A DNA stretch of 32,000 bases from Candidatus Thorarchaeota archaeon (GTDB lineage: Archaea > Asgardarchaeota > Thorarchaeia > Thorarchaeales > Thorarchaeaceae), in the NCBI GenBank assembly GCA_008080745.1, contig SHMX01000004.1, positions 240,001 through 272,000 of the forward strand, in the 5' to 3' direction. The notes under the pieces were generated by a model. That model was not told the origin of the DNA. It saw only the letters and a list, made by a program, of their open reading frames with translations, and searched no databases. The position numbers and the translations under genes are program-made. Positions 18,619-26,090 of this stretch are shown here, piece by piece. The first letter of the stretch is position 1; each line of letters opens with the position of its first letter.

Positions 18619-19995
18619 ATGAAAATCCCTGTTCTTTCAGGCATCGTAGAAGGTCTGAAGGTATTCTTCAGAACGAAACGATACGTTGCATATACAACTG
18701 TGTTTGCAGCAACTACATTTCTGGCTATTTTTGTTTCAGGGTTAATGACCCGGTTTGCTGGAACCTTCATCGAGGTAATCCTTGTGAATTTCTTTGCCTA
18801 TGTTGGTGCTGCTGGTACTATCTATTTCATGATCGGAAGCCTACTTACTGGACTTAAATTGGATAAGTTATGGATTAAACGCAGAGGTCGTGGGAGATGG
18901 AATGAGTTGATGGGATTAACCTGGATGGTTGTTTCGTTCGCGGCAGCTGTCTTTCTGTCAATTCTATTTGGACCCGCTCCATTGATCTTCTTCGCCATGG
19001 TGTGTTGGGTTGGTTGGATTGCTTTCCAAGCATATCTATCATCACGAACCAGTCTCAGAATCGCTACGATTGCTGAGCCAAAGAAGGGTGGTATTGCGAT
19101 TGGTTTAGGAAGTTTTCTCATTCTAATTATCGGAATAGGTATCATTGCGGCAGAGATAATATCAGCTCTGATAATATTCCCGAACAACCTTTTTGGTGTG
19201 GGAGATTTCTTATCAGGACTTTCAGTCAATTGGATGGATAATTTAGCGACTCATCTTCCATTTATCACCATAGCTATGGGTCTTCTTGGAGCATTTGCCC
19301 TCATTTCTTTCTTTGCATTTTTACGTTATTCAGGAAGAGGTGCAGCACTCAATATCTCACTATTGACTATCTTCATAGGAATCTATTCATGGTATTTCCT
19401 AATCAATATCATAAGAAGGTCTCAACCATTTGGTTTCGATCCCACAGATGTTGTTATGACCTTGTTCTTCTTGGTTTATGCTATGAGTGGAATTGGCCGA
19501 ACGATAATCGAAGAAGTAGAAGAGTCCCGTTCCCGTCTAGTTGATTTTGGACCATTACTGACATTCTTCTTGGCAAGCGGATATGTCTTTGTTGATAGCA
19601 TTATTGCTGCCTCTACTGGTGGTAGTACACTAATCGCTGGATGGTTCCAGACTGATCTAATTGCTGACACGTATGCAGCCTATCTCTTTAGAGATGTTTC
19701 CAAACTTGTAGCATTTCCATTAGTAGCCATCTTCAGTAGCCTATACTATCTATTGTTCCAGAGAAAGGAACGAATCATAGAAAAGGCCGAGATGGAAGGT
19801 GATGAAATAGACCCAGGTGAAGCTGACGAGGATATCGTTGAAGCTGCCAAAGAGGCTGAGGAGGAGGAAGGTAGAGCGATTCCGAAAGGTAAACCTGGTC
19901 GAGATCTTACACGTTCTGATCCGGATAGATTGCGTGTAGATGACTCACGTCGACTTGGTTCATCTCGCCGATATGGCGATGATGACGAAGAATAA
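18619..19995 (+). CDS. Hypothetical polytopic membrane protein (~10-11 TM) with charged C-terminal tail
   Basis: 458 aa; SD GGGAGG; long run of hydrophobic helices and a ~75-aa acidic/Arg-rich soluble tail. No family recognised. Confidence 0.85.
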   Translation: MKIPVLSGIVEGLKVFFRTKRYVAYTTVFAATTFLAIFVSGLMTRFAGTFIEVILVNFFAYVGAAGTIYFMIGSLLTGLKLDKLWIKRRGRGRWNELMGLTWMVVSFAAAVFLSILFGPAPLIFFAMVCWVGWIAFQAYLSSRTSLRIATIAEPKKGGIAIGLGSFLILIIGIGIIAAEIISALIIFPNNLFGVGDFLSGLSVNWMDNLATHLPFITIAMGLLGAFALISFFAFLRYSGRGAALNISLLTIFIGIYSWYFLINIIRRSQPFGFDPTDVVMTLFFLVYAMSGIGRTIIEEVEESRSRLVDFGPLLTFFLASGYVFVDSIIAASTGGSTLIAGWFQTDLIADTYAAYLFRDVSKLVAFPLVAIFSSLYYLLFQRKERIIEKAEMEGDEIDPGEADEDIVEAAKEAEEEEGRAIPKGKPGRDLTRSDPDRLRVDDSRRLGSSRRYGDDDEE

Positions 19996-20001
19996 TTGAT
20001 T

Positions 20002-20017
20002 GGGCGCTTAAGCGCCC
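20002..20017. terminator. GC-rich palindrome between convergent genes
   Basis: Perfect 16-bp palindrome GGGCGCTTAAGCGCCC in the 34-nt gap between 18619..19995(+) and 20030..20392(-); followed on the plus strand by TCTCTTTCTATTTTACTTATTTT. Confidence 0.65.
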
Positions 20018-20029
20018 TCTCTTTCTATT

Positions 20030-20392
20030 TTACTTATTTTTCCAGTTATAGAACTTCACACCTAGGTAAATCCAGAGTGGATATAGTGCAATCTGGATAG
20101 CTGCTAGAGCATCAATCAATCCTGCTGTGTCTGTCGATTCGAATGAAAAAAGCCCAGAGTTAATCATCAGGTCCTTTCCTGATGTGACTGCTGGCTGGAA
20201 AGGTATCCAAAACCAATCCATGTATGACATATTGAGATAAAGTGAGGAGCTCGTAAAGATGATGGTAAAGAGGCTGAATACAGCTAATATCTTTCCAATT
20301 GGCATGTTCGTCTTATCTGATACTTTTGCTCCTATAAAATAGGATATGAAGCCAAAAGAAAATAACAGGGGTGGATCAATGAGAAATGTCAT
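20030..20392 (-). CDS. Small hypothetical membrane protein (~3 TM, 120 aa)
   Basis: ATG at 20392 with SD GGGGAGG gives MTFLIDPPLLFSFGFISYFIG...LWIYLGVKFYNWKNK. The track's 20476 start would overlap the 49-aa gene. Confidence 0.8.
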   Translation of the reverse strand: MTFLIDPPLLFSFGFISYFIGAKVSDKTNMPIGKILAVFSLFTIIFTSSSLYLNMSYMDWFWIPFQPAVTSGKDLMINSGLFSFESTDTAGLIDALAAIQIALYPLWIYLGVKFYNWKNK

Positions 20393-20409
20393 CTCCAGAC
20401 CCTCCCCGA

Positions 20410-20559
20410 CTAGAGTGCCACTGCTATCATCATAGCAAAAGTGAAGATGATTGACAGAAGAACACAATTCACACAAGCTCCCTCTTGGAGCTCTTGTTTA
20501 TCTTTTGGGGTTAGTTTCTGTGACTCAGCAACCTCTTCATCTGTCTTTTTATCAGCCAT
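20410..20559 (-). CDS. Unannotated 49-aa tail-anchored microprotein with CxxC
   Basis: MADKKTDEEVAESQKLTPKDKQELQEGACVNCVLLSIIFTFAMMIAVAL*. SD AAGGATGGT 6 nt upstream, a TATA-like TTTAATA at 20604..20598, and it fills the gap between two genes without overlap. Below the 60-aa track cutoff. Confidence 0.75.
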   Translation of the reverse strand: MADKKTDEEVAESQKLTPKDKQELQEGACVNCVLLSIIFTFAMMIAVAL

Positions 20560-20597
20560 AATTAGACCATCCTTACTTCTGTCATGTAAATTGAGCG

Positions 20598-20604
20598 TAT
20601 TAAA
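20598..20604 (-). promoter_or_regulatory. Putative TATA box for the 49-aa/120-aa gene pair
   Basis: TTTAATA lies ~40-45 nt upstream of ATG 20559, consistent with a ~20-nt leader containing the SD. Confidence 0.45.
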
Positions 20605-20626
20605 GCTAAGTATTAGATGTGTTGAC

Positions 20627-21124
20627 CTAGAGTGTCTTTTCTAGTTCGATTTCATCCCGAACAGGGATCCCATGAAATCCTAGAGTAGCTATTTCAGGTT
20701 TGAGTTTTTTTCTATATTCATTAATTGCACCTACTCGGATAGCAGCAATCTGATATTCCAATTTCTGGTAAAATCTTAGAGCGTTAGTGTTATCATTCGT
20801 TGTCATTACCTTAATTCGCTGGCAACCATAATTCTTTGCAGTTTTCTCTGCATGATACATTAATTCGGTACCACATCCACGACCCTCAATGGTACAGTCT
20901 AATACGACTATCTCCATCTCTTCATTATCAATGCGATAACAGAGTAGTCCTACAGGTTTACTATCATCAAGTGCCACAAATCCTGGTAATTTCTGGGTAT
21001 CATGGACAATTCCAGCAGTCACAATACTAGTACTTCCCCAGTTTTGTGTAATCATAGATGTCAACCATGGTTTATCGTCGTCTGTCAATACTCTTACTTG
21101 TATTCTCTTCAAAGAATAATACAC
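20627..21124 (-). CDS. GNAT family N-acetyltransferase
   Basis: 'VLDCTIEGRGCGTELM' and 'TTNDNTNALRFYQKLEY'. The start may be TTG 21112 (SD GGAGTG). Confidence 0.9.
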   Translation of the reverse strand: MYYSLKRIQVRVLTDDDKPWLTSMITQNWGSTSIVTAGIVHDTQKLPGFVALDDSKPVGLLCYRIDNEEMEIVVLDCTIEGRGCGTELMYHAEKTAKNYGCQRIKVMTTNDNTNALRFYQKLEYQIAAIRVGAINEYRKKLKPEIATLGFHGIPVRDEIELEKTL

Positions 21125-21205
21125 TCCAAGTTGTATAAATTATTTGACAATAGATACTATAACTGTAATTGGTTCCAAGCCCAAATGATTTATGTAAATC
21201 TGGTA

Positions 21206-21237
21206 TTATAAAGTCAGTATATAATATAGAAAGGTGA
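21206..21237 (+). promoter_or_regulatory. Putative TATA box and SD in the divergent GNAT intergenic region
   Basis: TTATAAA at 21206..21212 and SD AGGTGA at 21232..21237, upstream of TTG 21244. Confidence 0.4.
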
Positions 21238-21243
21238 AATGAG

Positions 21244-21747
21244 TTGTACAATTATGCTGAGGTCACAGTTCGCAAAGCCAACTTAGGAGAAGTTGACCAA
21301 ATCAAAGAAATAATCAAAGAGGCATATTCACTCCTAAAGAAGGAACTCTCTCGTGAACCTGGCGCACTAAATGAGGGTCTGGATAAAATTTCACGACACA
21401 TTCAGATGGGGCATCAGTACATTGCTTTAGTGGGAGAGGTTCTTGTTGGCACGATGCGGGTAAGACTTCGTGGTACAACTGGTGTTATCAGTAGAGTTGC
21501 AGTGAAGAAAGCATTTCGAAAGAGAAGAATCGGTCTAGCTCTGGTAGAGTATGCAGAAAATATGTTATCCTATATGAATGCCACATGTGTCCAGCTAGAA
21601 GTTTATGATGCAGTGGAAGGTCAAAAGGAATACTATGAGCGGATGGGCTATAAAGAAACTGAGCGATTGGATCGTGATGGTGAAACCATCATCTTAATGC
21701 AGAAAAGCCTGTGTGAAGAACCTGAAGAGGAAGAGGAACCACTCTAA
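21244..21747 (+). CDS. GNAT family N-acetyltransferase with acidic tail
   Basis: 'ISRVAVKKAFRKRRIGLALVEYAE' and 'YYERMGY'; ends CEEPEEEEEPL. The stop overlaps the convergent radical SAM stop by 3 nt (ORFs share 21744..21747). Confidence 0.9.
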   Translation: MYNYAEVTVRKANLGEVDQIKEIIKEAYSLLKKELSREPGALNEGLDKISRHIQMGHQYIALVGEVLVGTMRVRLRGTTGVISRVAVKKAFRKRRIGLALVEYAENMLSYMNATCVQLEVYDAVEGQKEYYERMGYKETERLDRDGETIILMQKSLCEEPEEEEEPL

Positions 21748-22823
21748 GGTATTATTTCACAACCATTGTTGTACTCTGGATACTTGAACTGTTCCAGAGA
21801 TATTTTACCCTCTTCTATAATTTCTTGAATATCTGGAATTCTCTCTCTTATTGAATTGATGAGATGCTTTACTATTTCACATATTTTTTCAAACCCCTTC
21901 TGACCCCACAGTCGCTGTTTGTTTGCAAACAAGCACCTCCCTCCACAGAGTCCATACTCATCACAAGATGGGCATGGTTCATCAACATGCATCACATTCC
22001 TCAGTTCTTTAGGATGAGTTGTCCTAATATCACCAACAATTGAAAAATCCCAGTCAGGTGAAATTGGGCATATCCCTATTGATCCATCGACATGGATAGC
22101 AAAGGTATCAATACCTGATCCACAACGAAGTTTGGATGACTCCCCAGTTAGTAATGAGTAAGTTATAGGAATGAATGGTACAATCCCAAGAAAGTTTCCC
22201 TCTCTCATATATTGAATCCAGTAGTTTACAAGTGCTGTAATTCCTGGATTATAGGATTTCTCAACCCACCCATCGAAGTTCCTCCAATTCCCATCAGCAT
22301 CCCAAACGACGTTTAATTGCCAATGGACATGATCAAAAGTTGGACCAGAAAGGTCTAACAAGTGGATTACTTCCTTATAGATATCAGAATACTGCGAAAC
22401 TGCCATTCTCGCGACAATATCTCCCTTAAACCCGATAGAACGTAGCCATCTTGCGTTTTTAACCACCTTTTTGTAAATGCCTGACGATCGATATCTATCC
22501 GTTATTTCTTCACGTCCATCAATAGAAATCAATATGGAGTGGAATTTCCTTACATATGCTCTTGGAATTTTGTGAAGTCTTGTAGCATTGGTCTGTAGCA
22601 TGAACCTGGCATTTGGAAATCTATCCATCAAATTAACTATGAGAGGAATCTTCAGAGTGGGCTCTCCACCATATAACATCAACTGAACATCTTTATCCTT
22701 GGATAGAAAGTCCTCCAGCTCATCAATACTATATGCAATCTCAGTCGCCTCGGTTTCCTCTCCTCCATGGCAATAATCACAATTGAGATTACATCTTCTT
22801 GTGAGAACTAGGTGATAGTTCAT
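21744..22823 (-). CDS. Radical SAM/SPASM domain protein, resembling the archaeal AF0577 (TIGR04084) family
   Basis: CNLNCDYC (CX3CX2C), YGGEP, QTNAT and SIDG. The C-terminal SPASM has 7 Cys: C-X17-C...CX2CX5CX3C-X17-C. Confidence 0.9.
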   Translation of the reverse strand: MNYHLVLTRRCNLNCDYCHGGEETEATEIAYSIDELEDFLSKDKDVQLMLYGGEPTLKIPLIVNLMDRFPNARFMLQTNATRLHKIPRAYVRKFHSILISIDGREEITDRYRSSGIYKKVVKNARWLRSIGFKGDIVARMAVSQYSDIYKEVIHLLDLSGPTFDHVHWQLNVVWDADGNWRNFDGWVEKSYNPGITALVNYWIQYMREGNFLGIVPFIPITYSLLTGESSKLRCGSGIDTFAIHVDGSIGICPISPDWDFSIVGDIRTTHPKELRNVMHVDEPCPSCDEYGLCGGRCLFANKQRLWGQKGFEKICEIVKHLINSIRERIPDIQEIIEEGKISLEQFKYPEYNNGCEIIP

Positions 22824-22880
22824 TCTTCACACCAGTTATTATCCAATTTTTCCATCCCATAAGAGTTGTCTTATGTCATC

Positions 22881-25800
22881 TTACATTCTGACCAGTAGAT
22901 GATTGATTTTACCTTCAAGTCGGCGAACTGCATCCGAGTATGTTCGAGGTCCAGCTGTACAAATCAAATCTTTTTCTTGATGAACGTATTCCAATAACAA
23001 TCGAGCTAATCTCAGTGCTTTTCTGAATTCCTGTCCACCCTCAAGCTGCTCAATTCGTCGTTCTTCCTGAACAAGCCATTGCATGAAATCATGAACATCG
23101 CCCTCTCTCAGGAGTGACTCCTTACCATCCATTAGCCATGGTTTCTCTACACCGTCCTCGGCTTGAAATACATAGGTAAAGGTTTGGCTAGCTTTCTTCT
23201 CCTCTTTACGAGAGGTTAAATCCTGAACATCATCGATGACCTCTGAATCTTTTCGCCTTACTCGGAGTATCACAATGCCTGAAATCAAAATACCTATTCC
23301 GATTACAATTATGGGGAAGTTAAACAGAAGCATCTCTTCTATTGGTACATTGTAGTCTAGTGGGTCGAAGCCAAACGATGCCTCCCACCCATCTGGTGCT
23401 GCATCTCCATCGGTGTCCCAATTGAGCAAATCAGTCCTAAGCTCGTGAATTTCTATACCATCGAGTGCACCATCTTGATCCGAATCCGGGTTAGTGGGAT
23501 CACTTCCGTAGATGAATATCTCATCAAGGTCTCCCAGACCATCCTGGTCAGAGTCGGAGCTATTTGCCCAAGTATGGTAGATCTCAATTTCCTCCTGATC
23601 TGATAACCCATCCCTATCCGTATCGACTAACATAGGATGGCTTCCATATTGGTGTACCTCTGCTCCATCCTCAATAGTATCACCATCACTATCTCTGATA
23701 AATGGATCACTACCATAAATGAGCAATTCATCAGCATCAAATAGTAAGTCTTGGTCGGTATCCGCATTTAGGGGATTTGTAAAATATGTCATGATCTCTT
23801 TATAATCGCTGAGACGGTCTTGATCGGTATCAAAATTTGTCGGATCAGTACCATAAAGCTGAATCTCATCTTTATCATCTAAATCATCAAAGTCACTATC
23901 TTCTGACGTTGGAGAGAGCCCATTGGAGTACTCCCATCCATCTAGTAGTGAATCTGAATCCGAGTCATTAGAATAGGGATTGCTAAATAATCTGGTTTCT
24001 GAATAGGTTGATAAAAGATCCAAATCCTGATCAAGAATGACCTGAGAAAAGGACCTTGAGAATGATGGCGTTCCACTTTGACCTTGCCAGTATATTCTAT
24101 GACCAGAACCATTGACATCCATCGAGTATAACTGACCACCCTCACAGGCAAAAGCAATTTCTATGAGAAAATCATCGTCAAGGTCGCCTATAGCTGGAGC
24201 ACCGGTTATTCGTGAAGGTGTCTGTATTCTCCATAATTCAGTTCCTGTCTTTCCATCCAATGCAAACAATTCATTACCCTCACTGGAACCTATTACATCC
24301 AGGTCCTTATCGCCATCAATATCCGCTATGGTGCATTCATACTGGATTGATCCCGATGCTTGATACTCCCATATTTTTGTCCCTGTTTCTCCATTATATG
24401 CATAGATTTCTCCATTCGAATATCCCACAATTATATCCACTATTCCGTCTTTATCTACATCCCCCAGTGATATTCCTGACTCAGCAGGTTGGTAAGAAGT
24501 AGAACGCCAGATTTGTTCGCCTGTATCTCCAGCTAAAGCTTTACATAATCCCGACTCAAGTGCTATTACGATATCGAGGTTTTCATCTTGGTTTATATCG
24601 ACAATTACTGGAGATCCAACTACGTTATCTACTGTATCCATATTCCATAATACACTACCATCTGAACCATTGACTGCAATAAGTCGATGATTACTGGTTG
24701 CACTTACAAAATCCCAGATATCATCTCCATCCAAATCTGCAACTGCAATTCCCCCTTGTGGACTCGATCCCAATGTTAGCACCTGCTCTAAGGACCCATC
24801 AAGCCCATTCAGTACTTCTAGTCTATTACTTCTAGTTCCTGAAATCACTTCTGGGATATTATCTCCATTAGTATCTATGGTTGTGATGTCCCCTGTCATA
24901 ATGGATGATGTAGAACTACCCATGTCAATTGTATATGTAACATCAATCTTTAGACGATAACCCCCTGAACCCGAATATGAATGTACCATGATATACCATG
25001 TCCCAGCATCAGGATATTCGATAATAAGATCTTCATCACCGGATGCAAAACCCCTCCAATCATAAATATCAGTGGTGGGCTGAGATTCTAGTCTTCCATA
25101 CAAATCAAAGTCATTAGCACCACAACTGAGAACACAATGCATCTCCACCGCGTTATAGGGCACTGAAATTTGATATGTTTCTGTATCATCTTCTGAATCA
25201 AGTGTTCCTGAAAACTGATGACTTGTTTCCTCTGTATCCCCTCGATATATTACATCCACTATCAGATGATAGTTCCCTGTTCCACTATACTGGTGAACCA
25301 TAATATGCCATGTTCCCTCATTAATATCCTCTATAGTAAGTTCTTCATCACCGGATGCGTAACCCCTCCAATCGTAATTTGATGTTGTTGGAGCCGCGTT
25401 TAATTTTCCATAAAGGTCAAAGTCATTTCCGTAGCAAAGAAGTGTGGCTTCAAATGTGGCACCAATCTCATTCACATTCAGTGTATAATAATCTGATTCA
25501 TGGTTATCGCTGAGATGTCCTGTCACATCAAGACTTGATCTATACAGAGCCCACATAATACTTCCATCCGGTCCATTGAGTGCAGTGATGGAGTTATCAG
25601 TACCCGTTACAATGACATCGATATTTTCATCATTGTTCAAATCTGAGAGGGTCGGACTCTTCTCAACGGATACCCCAATATCAATTGACCACAAAATTTC
25701 CCCATTCTCGGCATGGAATGCATAGACTACTCCATCTAACCCACCAATGACCACCTCTGTCTTACCATCGCCATCTAGGTCACCAATAGCTGGTCCTGAA

Positions 25801-25958
25801 CCGAATCCACCATCAATTTTTTCATTCCAGAGTGGTTCGATTTCCTGATCTCCAAACACATGGATAGACTCTTGGTTGTAGAACAACAGAAATCCAATTG
25901 TTATCACAGATATTAGAGCTAAAACACCAACGACTTTTACAGGTCTTTCTATTCTCAA
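22881..25958 (-). CDS. Cell-surface protein: FG-GAP/PQQ-like beta-propeller with two inserted PPC domains, TSP3-like Ca-binding repeats, TM helix, cytoplasmic domain
   Basis: TTG start and N-terminal hydrophobic segment. Seven 'P.IGDLDGDG..EVV.G..DG.VYA..G.DG..LW' repeats, two 'NDFDLYG....PT...YDWRG.ASGDE.L.I......GTW.IMVH.YSG' PPC units, nine 'D[ST]D.DG..D..E' repeats, a TM helix (FPIIVIGIGILISGIVIL) and a ~125-aa tail. Confidence 0.9.
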   Translation of the reverse strand: MRIERPVKVVGVLALISVITIGFLLFYNQESIHVFGDQEIEPLWNEKIDGGFGSGPAIGDLDGDGKTEVVIGGLDGVVYAFHAENGEILWSIDIGVSVEKSPTLSDLNNDENIDVIVTGTDNSITALNGPDGSIMWALYRSSLDVTGHLSDNHESDYYTLNVNEIGATFEATLLCYGNDFDLYGKLNAAPTTSNYDWRGYASGDEELTIEDINEGTWHIMVHQYSGTGNYHLIVDVIYRGDTEETSHQFSGTLDSEDDTETYQISVPYNAVEMHCVLSCGANDFDLYGRLESQPTTDIYDWRGFASGDEDLIIEYPDAGTWYIMVHSYSGSGGYRLKIDVTYTIDMGSSTSSIMTGDITTIDTNGDNIPEVISGTRSNRLEVLNGLDGSLEQVLTLGSSPQGGIAVADLDGDDIWDFVSATSNHRLIAVNGSDGSVLWNMDTVDNVVGSPVIVDINQDENLDIVIALESGLCKALAGDTGEQIWRSTSYQPAESGISLGDVDKDGIVDIIVGYSNGEIYAYNGETGTKIWEYQASGSIQYECTIADIDGDKDLDVIGSSEGNELFALDGKTGTELWRIQTPSRITGAPAIGDLDDDFLIEIAFACEGGQLYSMDVNGSGHRIYWQGQSGTPSFSRSFSQVILDQDLDLLSTYSETRLFSNPYSNDSDSDSLLDGWEYSNGLSPTSEDSDFDDLDDKDEIQLYGTDPTNFDTDQDRLSDYKEIMTYFTNPLNADTDQDLLFDADELLIYGSDPFIRDSDGDTIEDGAEVHQYGSHPMLVDTDRDGLSDQEEIEIYHTWANSSDSDQDGLGDLDEIFIYGSDPTNPDSDQDGALDGIEIHELRTDLLNWDTDGDAAPDGWEASFGFDPLDYNVPIEEMLLFNFPIIVIGIGILISGIVILRVRRKDSEVIDDVQDLTSRKEEKKASQTFTYVFQAEDGVEKPWLMDGKESLLREGDVHDFMQWLVQEERRIEQLEGGQEFRKALRLARLLLEYVHQEKDLICTAGPRTYSDAVRRLEGKINHLLVRM

Positions 25959-26090
25959 TGTATCACATCAGGAGTGGATAGTTAATTCATAATCTGAAAC
26001 GAATTATCTTTTTCGACTTTAGATTTTATTCACAGAGCTTTATCGACAAGCTTATGATTTCTTAGATTTGTATTTTGGTGGAGATTACCC

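Noticed and set aside
20393-20476. N-terminal extension of the 20030 gene given in the track
   Set aside because: It overlaps the 49-aa ORF in another frame, and ATG 20392 has a strong SD.
22881-25958. True integrin-alpha orthology
   Set aside because: No thigh/calf domains or GFFKR motif; FG-GAP-like repeats are widespread in prokaryotes, so this is analogy only.
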